DNA of 64,000 nucleotides from positions 1-64,000 of the IMG/VR virus record IMGVR_UViG_3300017730_000002. The stretch is one strand, 5' to 3'. The position numbers were made by a program, and so were the translations under genes. Positions 1-10,862 of the stretch are shown here, in pieces; positions within the stretch are counted from its first letter, which is position 1; the number at the start of each line of letters is the position of its first letter. The stretch comes from a virus. Below the pieces are notes generated by a model. That model was not told the DNA's origin. It did not search any database and saw nothing but the letters and a program-made list of their open reading frames with translations.

Positions 1-3000
1 CCATGAACATTATGTGTAATTTGAGGCACTCCATTTTTTACTCCTGATACAAAACCTACATGTGTATTATGAGTTTTAGAATTTAAGACATCTCCGTGAT
101 GACTTGAATTTGGCCAAAAGATACCTACAATATCTCCTGTCTTATACATGTCAGCTGTGGTACTACTTTTAGCTTTTACTTGACGAGTAGTTTTAACCAA
201 CTGACTTCCACTCTTTACATTATCAAATGCTGGATTATCATATATATTATAGACTTCAGTACTGTTTTTCTTTTTGTCCATATTTTCTTTTATATCCCAA
301 GCATTGCGATATTTTACACCCAGAGCTTCTGTTAGGATATCATTTTGTTCTAAGATTTGACACATACCTTTAGCACATTGTAATTCTTCTAACTTTGTTG
401 GAATATTAGTAAAGAACATAGCATTAGGATCTTTTGACTTATTTGATTTTTCAAATGCAGCTTTAGTAATAGGGCCAAATTTACCATCTACTTGTGATGA
501 TTTTAGAAAACCTTCTTCAACTAATTTATTTTGTATATCAACAACTTGTTGTGTAGTCTGAGGACTTTTGTCTGATTTGTATTTATTATAATATTTATCT
601 ACTGCAGAAAGATCTAAACTTTCATTAGCCAGCTTTTGCTCTAATGCTTTTTTAGTATTTTTACCAAAGATACCGTCTGCTCCAGAAGCTCCTATATTAA
701 ATCCTTTTTCCTGCAATTGTCTTTGAAGAACTTTTACTTCGTCTCTACTAGCATTCTTATAACTATCTATAAGATCATTTTTTGCCTTGTTCTTTTGTTC
801 AGCTTCATACTTAGTAAGATTATCCATGTAGTTGGTTACATTATCTATCTTTTCATATGTTGAATTTTCTAAGAATGCATTTTTTGCAAGTTCTAAATTT
901 TCTTCAGAAGTTAACAGTCTTTCAGGCATACTACCAATTGGCCTTGTGTATTCAGGTGCCGTATCTGTACTTTCAGAATCAACAGCGTCAACTACTGAAA
1001 AATCAAAATCTTGTTTAATAACTGGATTAAATTTATCAGGATTTGAAATTTTATCACGCAAACTTCTATTAAAAAAATCTTCGGTAAAGGATCTTGTAGT
1101 ATTAACAGGCTCTTGTTTAACAGGCTCTGGCGATTGTTTAATAGCATCACCTACCATATCTAGTTTTGGAACAGTGTTAGATGCAGGAAATGGTGTTCCA
1201 GAGTTCCATGAACCACCTGGTTGCATTTCTACTATGTAACCATTCTTTGCATATTCAAGCGCTTCATTCTCATCTAAATTAAGGATAAAACCTCCTTTAT
1301 TATGTACTCCACCATGATTAAACTTTTTATTTAGAAGTCTTTCAAAATCACTTCCACTAACTACGTTAACTGCATCTCTTAGTTTATCTCCTTTTCTTCC
1401 TATAATAGGAGTAATTTGATTTGCATCAAAACTTAAAACTTTATCCTCAAATAAAGCTCCAGAAGGAACTTTATCTGGATGAAATCCTGGATATTGTCTT
1501 ACATAGTTTGTATTACTTTTAGAACCTTTGAGTAACTGATTAACTTGTTCTACTCTTCCTTTAGGTGCTTGATCTGCAAACATTTTTACATAAAAAGGAT
1601 TTTTTCCCCCATATCTTGGACCTATCCATGATGGATCAGGTGAAGTATATAATATATCTGAATTAGTTCCTTCTAACAGTTCGTCATGACCTCCGCTTCT
1701 TCTTCCTCTATTTATAACATTTTTTGGTGCAAGACTAGTACCATAAGTTTCTGCTTGAGCATACTGTTGCTCTAATGGTAAATTTGGATCTACATCCACA
1801 ACCCTATATATAGGTTTATTATTATATTTAGAACTTAACCATGCTTCAAATTGCTGAGGATTATCTGGAACTCCTTTAATTAAACCTTGGTTTTGCATAT
1901 CTATAGCATAGTTATAATCTCTAATTAAATCATCTGTAACAGTAGCCGTAGATTTTGAAAATCTATTACCTATACCTTGTACTGCATTTCTAGCATCTTG
2001 GTATGCATTAACTATCATGTTAGGATTAACTCCAGAATTTAAAGTCATCTGTGCTCTAGGTGCATTCATTAAAACATTATCAGCATATTTTAAAAAAGGT
2101 TTAGCAAATTTAAATGCTGTCTTAGCACCTTTTGCAGCAGGAATAACTGAGAAAGCATCAAATGTTTCACCAACAGCACCCGTATCAACAACGTTATCAA
2201 ACTCAAAGTTACCATCACCAAAATTGTAATCATAAAGCTCTTTACCTCCTTTAATCATAAGACTGGCTGGTGAAAGATCCATAAATGCCGTACTAATATT
2301 CTTAGCAAGACCTATAGGATCAGTAGTTACTCTATCATACGTTCTTTTTATAGGATTTATAGTAAGTTCTTTAGCGAAATCTACTACATCTTTTTCCGTA
2401 ATTTCGTTAGCTATTTCAGGTGTAATTTCCAAAGGTTTTGTTCCAGCATCTTTATGCGCTTTAGCAACTTTTTTTACATGCTCCTTGGTATTATTTTTAA
2501 CAAATTGAGCAGCCTGACTATTAGCAACTGGTTCTTTTTTTACAGCAGTCGTAGTAGTAGGTTTTTTTAAAGTCTTTTGAAATTCCATTAAACCTGATAT
2601 ACCATTTTGAGCTTTAGGTAATTCTTCAAGAACATAACCATCAGCAACATACTTAGCCACATCATTCTCATCTAAGTCAAGGATAAAACCTCCCTCTTTC
2701 ATATACTGTTGAGAAGCTAGCATTCTTTGTTGTACATCAGTATATAAAGGAGTACCCATAGCAGCCATAGCTTGACTATAAATAGGAAATGGATCTTCTA
2801 TAGCTTGAATACCTATTGGTGTCGGAGTAACTTCTTCTTTCTCTTCTACAGCTACATCATCTTCTTCAACTAAATCAAGAAGGTCTCTAAAAGATCTTTT
2901 TTCTTCAGCAGGTTCTGCTACTTCAGGAACTACTGCAACTTGATCACTTGGTATAGGATCAGCATTGTAAATACTTTTACCATCATCACCTTTGATAGAT

Positions 3001-4481
3001 GGTGGATTAATTTTACCTCCACCTAAAACTCGTGCTACACCAGCACCAGTACCCCATGTCTTAAGCTCATCTGTATTAGAAGCAATGTTAGAAGCTCCTA
3101 CATCATTTTGTAAACCACTTACAATATTTTTATAGTAGGGTAATTGCAATGTTTTAATGGTTGCTGCAATACCATGTTCAGGAGTAGAATAATTTTTAAC
3201 ACCTACTGAATTATAATCTGTTTTATCTTCATCTATATCTAACTTATAAGTTGTGTTAAAAGGATTATTTGCTGCTGTACCTCCTTCTGCTTGCCTCCAA
3301 GCTTTTAAGAACTTTAAATTTTCATCGGTAACAGGTGCACCTATACCATCTAATATTGTTGAATATATTGCAACATCATCAGACTCACCACCATCTTTTT
3401 TCTTAGGTAGTTTTTTTTGATCTGGAAACAATCTTTCTTTTGTTTTAGGGTCATAATACATTCTTCCATAAATTTCAAATGGGTTTCCTATAACAGAATC
3501 CATACCAGGTATTTTATCTAAGTCATATTTATCATAATAAGAAATATAAGGTAGCTTTCTTTTTTTATCATAACCTTTAGATAGTGTGTAATGCCCTAGT
3601 GTAGAACCTCCTGCAAGTGATTCTAACTGAAAATTACCATTAGTCTTAAGACCATCTATAATATTATAGTTTATTACATCATCCCAAACATCATCGTCAT
3701 TTGCAAAACTTTTATATTCACTGTCTGGATTTTTACTTGATGTAGGTTTAAAATTAGATTTTGTAAATATTTCAGTTCCGCATTTTTCTGGATATAGGTA
3801 ACATAAAAAACCTTCATCAGCAGCCTTCTTTACATAACGACCACGTTCAGGATTTAGCCCAAACATTCTTGCATTTTCAAAATTATCCCAACTTATAGTT
3901 TTATTCCCAGACATATCCTCATAAGGCATTGGAGCATTCTCACCTTGTAAAAATTCTCTTAATGCAAACCCAGCATCATAACCGTATGGAGTAACTGACT
4001 TAAGCATCCTTTGCTTTATTTGATCGACTGTATCACTCTGTTTTATTTGTTCAATAGTGCTAGGCGTTTTACCTTGAGCTATATAAGTTGTTTGTTGTTC
4101 TTTAAACCCTGGTTCTCCGTATACAAGTTTTCTATCTGACTTAGTTATTTCAGGAGTTTTAAAACCTTGTTGAAATTCCATCAGACTTTTTATACCATTA
4201 ACCTGACCAGCATCTTGAGCTTTAGGTAGCTCTTCTACTATATAACCATTAGCAGCATAAGCCATTGCTTCATCTTCAGTTAATGGAATCTCATAAACAC
4301 TATTGCCTGGAAATTGGTACTCACCACCAGGTTGCATTACAGCTGAATTACCTTCATCATCAATACCAAGTAAAGGATATCCGACACCCTTCATTGTAAT
4401 GCGCCCATTAGCATTAGGTATAAGAGTATTTTTACCTGGATGCGCCCACTGGCCCCTTTTATCTTTAATAAACTTTTTCAT
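1..4481 (-). CDS. Large multidomain virion (cargo/ejection) protein, 3'-truncated by the window edge; lysozyme-like, ART-like, two peptidoglycan-binding and CHAP/NlpC-like segments
   Basis: ATG at 4481 overlaps the muzzle-gene stop. Manual translation begins MKKFIKDKRGQWAHPGKNT..ITMKGVGYPLLGIDD. Segments spot-checked from 4481 to 1 are in one frame. Its absence from the ORF track fits an ORF with no stop inside the window. Confidence 0.85.
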   Translation of the reverse strand, partial: MKKFIKDKRGQWAHPGKNTLIPNANGRITMKGVGYPLLGIDDEGNSAVMQPGGEYQFPGNSVYEIPLTEDEAMAYAANGYIVEELPKAQDAGQVNGIKSLMEFQQGFKTPEITKSDRKLVYGEPGFKEQQTTYIAQGKTPSTIEQIKQSDTVDQIKQRMLKSVTPYGYDAGFALREFLQGENAPMPYEDMSGNKTISWDNFENARMFGLNPERGRYVKKAADEGFLCYLYPEKCGTEIFTKSNFKPTSSKNPDSEYKSFANDDDVWDDVINYNIIDGLKTNGNFQLESLAGGSTLGHYTLSKGYDKKRKLPYISYYDKYDLDKIPGMDSVIGNPFEIYGRMYYDPKTKERLFPDQKKLPKKKDGGESDDVAIYSTILDGIGAPVTDENLKFLKAWRQAEGGTAANNPFNTTYKLDIDEDKTDYNSVGVKNYSTPEHGIAATIKTLQLPYYKNIVSGLQNDVGASNIASNTDELKTWGTGAGVARVLGGGKINPPSIKGDDGKSIYNADPIPSDQVAVVPEVAEPAEEKRSFRDLLDLVEEDDVAVEEKEEVTPTPIGIQAIEDPFPIYSQAMAAMGTPLYTDVQQRMLASQQYMKEGGFILDLDENDVAKYVADGYVLEELPKAQNGISGLMEFQKTLKKPTTTTAVKKEPVANSQAAQFVKNNTKEHVKKVAKAHKDAGTKPLEITPEIANEITEKDVVDFAKELTINPIKRTYDRVTTDPIGLAKNISTAFMDLSPASLMIKGGKELYDYNFGDGNFEFDNVVDTGAVGETFDAFSVIPAAKGAKTAFKFAKPFLKYADNVLMNAPRAQMTLNSGVNPNMIVNAYQDARNAVQGIGNRFSKSTATVTDDLIRDYNYAIDMQNQGLIKGVPDNPQQFEAWLSSKYNNKPIYRVVDVDPNLPLEQQYAQAETYGTSLAPKNVINRGRRSGGHDELLEGTNSDILYTSPDPSWIGPRYGGKNPFYVKMFADQAPKGRVEQVNQLLKGSKSNTNYVRQYPGFHPDKVPSGALFEDKVLSFDANQITPIIGRKGDKLRDAVNVVSGSDFERLLNKKFNHGGVHNKGGFILNLDENEALEYAKNGYIVEMQPGGSWNSGTPFPASNTVPKLDMVGDAIKQSPEPVKQEPVNTTRSFTEDFFNRSLRDKISNPDKFNPVIKQDFDFSVVDAVDSESTDTAPEYTRPIGSMPERLLTSEENLELAKNAFLENSTYEKIDNVTNYMDNLTKYEAEQKNKAKNDLIDSYKNASRDEVKVLQRQLQEKGFNIGASGADGIFGKNTKKALEQKLANESLDLSAVDKYYNKYKSDKSPQTTQQVVDIQNKLVEEGFLKSSQVDGKFGPITKAAFEKSNKSKDPNAMFFTNIPTKLEELQCAKGMCQILEQNDILTEALGVKYRNAWDIKENMDKKKNSTEVYNIYDNPAFDNVKSGSQLVKTTRQVKAKSSTTADMYKTGDIVGIFWPNSSHHGDVLNSKTHNTHVGFVSGVKNGVPQITHNVH

Positions 4482-7400
4482 TATCTAGGTGAATATAAAC
4501 CTTTCATTTCTACAAACTTAATGATCATATTAACATCTTGAGGGTTGTCTTTAATTAACTTTACAAAGTTATTATAATGTCTAAACTTTTTTCTTTGTAA
4601 TTGATCTTTATTATAATTAAGATTTACTGGATTTAAAGTTTGCACATAACCATTTGCTTGTGTATTCCATATTTGATTTTCTTCGTAATTGCCCAACAAC
4701 CTAGTTGTATTAGGTATTAACTGGCCTGTAGGAGGGTAACCTGATCCATCAGGAAACTCCCCTCTGTCTTTAGTAATATCCCAAAATTGATTAAATCTAT
4801 ACTTTTGTTCTTCTTTAGATACTAAAATATCTATAGAACCTAAATTTACATTAGGATAATTTTGAGCAAGGGCTACATTGTTTTTAGGATATATGTTCAA
4901 ATTTAAATATCCAGAAACCTGTTCTGAATTAAATATTACAGCTTGGTCAAAATTATAATCTAAAACATGAAATTGATCTACACAAAACTTACTGTCTCTT
5001 TTATAACACTCTAAATAATATTCTAAGCTTCTAACTGTAGAAACTTGCTTTCCTGTATTAAACGGAATACCAACTTCAAAAGGATATTGAACATTGTAAA
5101 AATTACAGTAATCATTACACCCAGCATTATGTTCCCATATTGATCCTATCTTTGTAGTATAATGTTTGTTTCTACCTGATAAATATAAATTAGGATGCCA
5201 GTCATGAAAAGATATCCATTGTTTAGATTTTGCATCATAGCTTATAGTCCAAGAAGCATCTTCAAAGAATCTTGAATCTCCTAGTGTTACTATAAATTTA
5301 TTATCTCTATTATCAGACATGTAATATATAAACTTATCTTTCTCTAAATACTCAACCATACCTTTATACTCAGGTTTAAGCATATAGTCTTTTTTAGAAA
5401 AGTATATTATTCCATCTGTATTATCATAACCAGCAGAGCACCCTATACCTGCTACTGGATTATCTACATGAGGGAACTCAGGAAAGTCTTCAATAAGTTT
5501 ATAAGGTAAGAACTCATTAAACCACCACTTCATATTTATCTGAGATATTTCTTGCAACCCTTGACCATAAGAAAATACCTTACCTTGCTGCTGACTAATA
5601 AAATATAATCCAGCAGGACTAGATATAATACCTAATCTATCTTGAGATGAGCCATACTCGTATTTTTTATCAGAAGCTGTGACACTTGTAGGAGTTGCAG
5701 CAAATAAACCACCATCACCTACAGTAGTAGCTACACCAACATAAGTTTCCCTCTCATCTACTCCTGCATAAACTAAAGGACTAGAATCTTCAAATGTTAT
5801 AAAAAGACCAGTCTTACCATAGTTCTTTACAGAATTTATATCGCTTCTAAAAGTTACATTGTTCAATGGTAAATATGTTAACCATCCATCTGTAGTATCT
5901 TCTTTTACTTGTGGTAGAGAGTAATTAATCCTATTAGGATAAGATGTAAAACATAAATCTGCCACAGTAGGATCATAAGTTTTATTTTGTAATACACCTT
6001 GAGTAAAGTATTGATTGAATACAAATCTAGAAGAGCTTAAAGAATAATCATAAATATACTTATTACCTTTTTCAATCATTGCAGGATCCATATCAAACAA
6101 AAATTCTAAATCTGTAAATTTATATTTACTATAGAACTCTTCATAATCAAACGTTCCTCTTGATCTAAAATCTACAAGTACTTCCGACTCTACAAAGAAA
6201 TCTCTAATACCATTATTAGATAAATAAAAATAGTCATTCTTAACACCCAAAAAGTTAATACCCTTTCCGTCTAAGTTATAATAACTACTTGGTGTTAATC
6301 CTGATCCAAAGTTATTATCTGTTATTGCATCAAGTATATTAGATACATTGTAAAGATCTGAAAAATCCCAAGGTTCACTATTAGCCCAATATCTTGGATA
6401 AGGAACTAAAGGACTCATAAAATAATTATAAGGCGTATTTTCAGAAACATCAAACAACCAGTTATAAAAGAAAGGCATTATATTCTTTTCTGTAAATCTA
6501 TTTACATAAGTATCTCCTCCAAAAAATACAGGGGTCTTACCTATCTTATTATGTATTAGTGGGTTAGTACAGTCAGCTACCGTATTGCCAAAATTAGTAA
6601 TTGATAAATTATCAAAATTAATATCTTGTTCACAGGGAGTTGCAACAATCTGTTGTATATTTTCTAATTGTCCATATTGATTTCTTATACTAAATTTTAA
6701 TCCAGCGTAGTTGCTAGCAATTTTATTTGTAAAAGGAATTACTTTACCATTAGTACTAAAGCTAACACCCGCATCTCCATGTACACTATTTTTTTGTGCA
6801 ACACCTAAAGTCATTAAGGATTTATCAACACTTGTGGTATTAGGATCTAAAGTATTACCGCTGTCATAAATAAATCTAGGTCCTATATTTAATCCATTTC
6901 CTGACTCTGTTCTTAATACAGTTAACCTAGGTCTTTTTCTATTATTAATTCTATACCTTACTGAATCTCCCGCATTATTTTGAAATTCAGGAAAATCTTG
7001 TACATCATCAAAAACATAAATACCATCAGCCATTTGAAATCTACTTGGCCAGCTTGTTGGTGGAACTACCCACTTTTTATAATCACCATGACTGATTTGT
7101 TCTAAAGCATATTGCTGTGCTCTAACTATTTCAGTCATTAATCTTATAGTAACTTGAGCACCTTCTAGAAAGTAAAAAATAACTTGTCCAAGTCCTACGC
7201 CTGCTGGTAGAAGTTGTGCACCAGAATAAGATTTAGAATACCCAGGAGTAGTATAAACTTTTGATAAATTAGCTACTGCAAGATTTTTAGCATTAGCTGC
7301 GGTAGCAAGAGAATCGCCACCTGCTAAATCTAGAAAAGCTCCTCCATTTCTATAAGCAGCAATAGCTGCATTATAACCTGGTATAATTCCAGGTATAAAT

Positions 7401-9820
7401 GGTGGAAAACCAGTTATATAACCCAATTGTTGTCCAGCTGCATGGGTTTGCCCTGCAAAATCAATTCCAGTTGTTACAGATCCTACTGCAGGAGCTACAG
7501 CTGGAATCAATTGAGCATGCCTAGGTACAGTATATTGAGTTTCGGGATAATTAATATTTATCTCACCTACTGATTGCAAGAGAGCATTAATAGCACCGCC
7601 TATTGCTCCAACTATAATTAAACCATCATCTAGTAACTTAAACTTAGGATGCCCATTGGGTTCAATAAATCTTTGTTCCGCAGTACCCTCTAAGTGCCCG
7701 TATACTTTTAATTCAGACATGGATAAGAAAGGTCTTTTGAAACTTGTGTCAGGGGAGTGAAAGCTTATTAAATCTTGTGGTAGAGTTTGATTAACAAACT
7801 CTTTATCAATAGGATTTATTGTTTGGTTTTCTGGGTATCTACTTAATATGTAAGGATCATTAAAACCATAATTTTCATTATTTGGATTATCGCTATTCTT
7901 TCTAGGTCTAATACAGTTAAAAGGATAGTTTGCATATAAACCTACAGTAGAATCAGATACAGTACGTCCTTGCAATTCATAATCTCTAAAGTTATTTACC
8001 ATGCCTTTAGCTACTATAGATCTATTACCATGTCTTGAGCTTCTTAATATTTCGTAGCCAACTATTCCAGGAATATCATTGCCGTCATTATCCTTTGGTA
8101 AAATTATATCTTCAAATGAAACCCCCATAAGTCTAATAAAATACTGCCCATTTCTTTCATCAAAATGATAAGCATTTTCATTTACAGAATTATCAGGAAA
8201 TTTGTGATGTCTTATATGTTTACCACACAAATCAAAATCCGTACCGTTAACTTTTGTCCAACAATAATATGAAGAGTTCCATATTTCAGGTTGATTATCT
8301 GGATATAGTTCAGTTGATTGCCAATAACTCATATCACCTTCTGCAATAATTTTACCACCAAAACTATCTATAGGTTCTGAATTTCCACCATCTCCAGTAT
8401 AAACTGCCGTGTTTAAGGTTTCAAATAAATATTCTTCACCAGGTAAAGTATTTTGATCTGAGTAATCATCTATTTCATTAATTCCATTATAATCTCTGCT
8501 TACTCTACCAGGAATATGATATGATGCTGATTTGTCACCCGTATCATAAACCCATCTGATAAAAAATGCATATACTTCATCTCGCATATACCCTGCATTA
8601 TTACCACCTTTTATATAATAATCTTCTGGATATTCAACAGATACCCATTTTGTTTTTATTTGATTAGCCAAAGGTTGATAGTTAAAATCAAACTTAGAAA
8701 TTGGACCAATTCTAAGCAAGTATCTACTTCCTTCTGCTATTTGCTTAGATGTTTCAAATACAGGATTTTGCTGCAATACACTTGATTCAGAAACATTAGG
8801 AAGTGTCTCAGAAATTTGATCAAGTGTGATGCTTGTATTTTTTGTAGAAAAATATCCTATTTGTTTTAAACTAGACCCTTGGTTTATAAATCTAGCAACT
8901 ACCAATACAAATTCATCAAAGTGTTCTGTATCGGCTTTAATAGTTAAATCAAAAGCACCTCTTTCATTTACATCATTAAATATAGGTTGTATATATGATA
9001 GTGAAAAAAAGTTTGTAACAATCTGTCTATCTATAACATAAGCCATAGCAAATGCATAAGAACCATTTTCAATTGTACCCTGCTGAGAACTAGGAGTTAC
9101 CTCTATACATGGTGTGTTAACTAGACTTGCCAATCTTATTGCATCACAATCTAACTTATTAGTTAATGTGCATACCACACAACTATCTACTTCATCACAC
9201 TCTTCTATCCAGGATACACCTGGCCAAAGTATTTGATCAGTGCCGTTAGAGTAATAATTTATTGTGGTACTGCTATCTAGTCCACCCAACCAATCATAAA
9301 ATTTAAAGTTAGGCCAAAGTCTAGGATCTCCTATATTAATGTATCTATCTGGATTAAGACCATCAGCCCAATATATCTGCCAAGAACAATCTTCCTTTTC
9401 TCTAGAGGCTCCTGAAATTAAATTGAACTTATTAAAGTTTAAGCACTTATCTCTAACAATAGGTCTGTATAAACAACCTTCTTCTTCAAATAAACCTATT
9501 TCAGAGGTAATAACATTATCATTTTGACCATCATAAATAGCTGAGTATATTATCCATTTACCTGCAAATAAAGGAATGCATCCAACTATTATAGAATTGT
9601 GAGGGATTGTAATATCTTCACCAATTGCTACACATAAAAAATTAGATTCTTCATTTGACAAGGTTCCTAAATCACCTTCCTTAGTATTATTTACAGCATT
9701 ACGGGCATATGTCCACATGCCATCTTGAATAAAAGACGGATCTGTATCTCTAGTTAAACCCTTTAAAAAAGTCCTAGATTTATTTACATCAGTTTTACTT
9801 AACCCTCTCTTCTTTGCCAT
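4481..9820 (-). CDS. Tail stabilisation / muzzle protein (P22 gp10-like, crAss-type)
   Basis: 1779 aa; N-terminal KGLTRDTD..YARNAV, GYMRDEVYAF, GGDTYVNRF, C-terminal SWTISYD..WISFHDW motifs; position at the end of the tail block. Confidence 0.8.
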   Translation of the reverse strand: MAKKRGLSKTDVNKSRTFLKGLTRDTDPSFIQDGMWTYARNAVNNTKEGDLGTLSNEESNFLCVAIGEDITIPHNSIIVGCIPLFAGKWIIYSAIYDGQNDNVITSEIGLFEEEGCLYRPIVRDKCLNFNKFNLISGASREKEDCSWQIYWADGLNPDRYINIGDPRLWPNFKFYDWLGGLDSSTTINYYSNGTDQILWPGVSWIEECDEVDSCVVCTLTNKLDCDAIRLASLVNTPCIEVTPSSQQGTIENGSYAFAMAYVIDRQIVTNFFSLSYIQPIFNDVNERGAFDLTIKADTEHFDEFVLVVARFINQGSSLKQIGYFSTKNTSITLDQISETLPNVSESSVLQQNPVFETSKQIAEGSRYLLRIGPISKFDFNYQPLANQIKTKWVSVEYPEDYYIKGGNNAGYMRDEVYAFFIRWVYDTGDKSASYHIPGRVSRDYNGINEIDDYSDQNTLPGEEYLFETLNTAVYTGDGGNSEPIDSFGGKIIAEGDMSYWQSTELYPDNQPEIWNSSYYCWTKVNGTDFDLCGKHIRHHKFPDNSVNENAYHFDERNGQYFIRLMGVSFEDIILPKDNDGNDIPGIVGYEILRSSRHGNRSIVAKGMVNNFRDYELQGRTVSDSTVGLYANYPFNCIRPRKNSDNPNNENYGFNDPYILSRYPENQTINPIDKEFVNQTLPQDLISFHSPDTSFKRPFLSMSELKVYGHLEGTAEQRFIEPNGHPKFKLLDDGLIIVGAIGGAINALLQSVGEININYPETQYTVPRHAQLIPAVAPAVGSVTTGIDFAGQTHAAGQQLGYITGFPPFIPGIIPGYNAAIAAYRNGGAFLDLAGGDSLATAANAKNLAVANLSKVYTTPGYSKSYSGAQLLPAGVGLGQVIFYFLEGAQVTIRLMTEIVRAQQYALEQISHGDYKKWVVPPTSWPSRFQMADGIYVFDDVQDFPEFQNNAGDSVRYRINNRKRPRLTVLRTESGNGLNIGPRFIYDSGNTLDPNTTSVDKSLMTLGVAQKNSVHGDAGVSFSTNGKVIPFTNKIASNYAGLKFSIRNQYGQLENIQQIVATPCEQDINFDNLSITNFGNTVADCTNPLIHNKIGKTPVFFGGDTYVNRFTEKNIMPFFYNWLFDVSENTPYNYFMSPLVPYPRYWANSEPWDFSDLYNVSNILDAITDNNFGSGLTPSSYYNLDGKGINFLGVKNDYFYLSNNGIRDFFVESEVLVDFRSRGTFDYEEFYSKYKFTDLEFLFDMDPAMIEKGNKYIYDYSLSSSRFVFNQYFTQGVLQNKTYDPTVADLCFTSYPNRINYSLPQVKEDTTDGWLTYLPLNNVTFRSDINSVKNYGKTGLFITFEDSSPLVYAGVDERETYVGVATTVGDGGLFAATPTSVTASDKKYEYGSSQDRLGIISSPAGLYFISQQQGKVFSYGQGLQEISQINMKWWFNEFLPYKLIEDFPEFPHVDNPVAGIGCSAGYDNTDGIIYFSKKDYMLKPEYKGMVEYLEKDKFIYYMSDNRDNKFIVTLGDSRFFEDASWTISYDAKSKQWISFHDWHPNLYLSGRNKHYTTKIGSIWEHNAGCNDYCNFYNVQYPFEVGIPFNTGKQVSTVRSLEYYLECYKRDSKFCVDQFHVLDYNFDQAVIFNSEQVSGYLNLNIYPKNNVALAQNYPNVNLGSIDILVSKEEQKYRFNQFWDITKDRGEFPDGSGYPPTGQLIPNTTRLLGNYEENQIWNTQANGYVQTLNPVNLNYNKDQLQRKKFRHYNNFVKLIKDNPQDVNMIIKFVEMKGLYSPR

Positions 9821-9824
9821 AACT

Positions 9825-10862
9825 TTAAACTACTCTAAGCTTATCAAACTCTCTATAAAATCCACTATTAGGAGAGTGCGATTTAAACATGTTATAATAC
9901 TTCCCATACATTGCTTTTCTGTTAGCTGACCAGATTTGTTTTAGCTCTGCAAAGTTAGGTGTATTCACTACACTTAATGCATTATTTCTAGCAGCTTTTA
10001 ATCTTTGTTCGATCAGCTGCATTCTTTGTGCAACGTTCTCCCCATTTATATATAAATTCTCAAGTATTCTGGCTTTAAGAGCGTACTCATAGTATTCATT
10101 TAAAAGATCGTGATCTGGAACTAAAAGGTTACCATCATCATCTTCCATCTGACCTTGATAGTTTAAATATACTTTCCCAGTTTTAAAAGTTGTAAAAAGA
10201 AAACCATGCTTTATCCATCCTTCATTAGAAGTATTATAATATAAATTAGGACAATGACATTCTATATTTTGACTAGGTTTCATCCTCAAAGGCAGAAGTT
10301 CTTTATATGTAAATGCTTCACCTGAATTAATAACTTGTATTAACTCATAGGATTCTCCTTTACAATTCATAAAAACTCTTGGCTTAACTAAGGCATCACC
10401 ATAAGGTTGAGAAGGGTTATGTACAAGACATGTTCCTTCATTACCTTTATCATCACAGCAAGGTGTAGCTTCTGTGGTATCACAAGGATCAGGAACTTGT
10501 GCTGGAAAGTCTGAATATGTTTCAGGTATTTTCCCATCAGTAATTTTTACTTCATGCATTGTAGTACCACCAGCAAAACCATCATAACCTTGAGATCTAG
10601 CAGAGGTTCTATCTCCACAGATATAAGCAAAGTTAAATGTATAAAAATCATCTGGTAATTTTACCTTACCATGAGTTACATCTAAAATAATTTCTTTTTG
10701 TTGATTGATTCTAAGGCCTAAATCATAATTGAGTTTTTTAGCAAGTTTAATCAATTGTTGAGGCTCAATCATATTTTCTAGAGCAAATGTATTTAAATCT
10801 ATAGTTACATCTTCTAAGAGTTGATCAAAGGTTCTGTATTTTAAAGTATAGTTATAATCCAT
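9825..10862 (-). CDS. Tail ring / tubular protein (crAss-type)
   Basis: 345 aa; 'KVKLPDDF' and 'GKVYLNYQG..DDDGNLLVPD' motifs; directly upstream of the muzzle gene. Confidence 0.65.
   Translation of the reverse strand: MDYNYTLKYRTFDQLLEDVTIDLNTFALENMIEPQQLIKLAKKLNYDLGLRINQQKEIILDVTHGKVKLPDDFYTFNFAYICGDRTSARSQGYDGFAGGTTMHEVKITDGKIPETYSDFPAQVPDPCDTTEATPCCDDKGNEGTCLVHNPSQPYGDALVKPRVFMNCKGESYELIQVINSGEAFTYKELLPLRMKPSQNIECHCPNLYYNTSNEGWIKHGFLFTTFKTGKVYLNYQGQMEDDDGNLLVPDHDLLNEYYEYALKARILENLYINGENVAQRMQLIEQRLKAARNNALSVVNTPNFAELKQIWSANRKAMYGKYYNMFKSHSPNSGFYREFDKLRVV

Noticed and set aside
832-4488. Plus-strand ORFs 832-1239, 2017-2229 and 4303-4488 in the ORF track
   Set aside because: They are antisense shadows of the long minus-strand virion gene, which carries recognisable domains.
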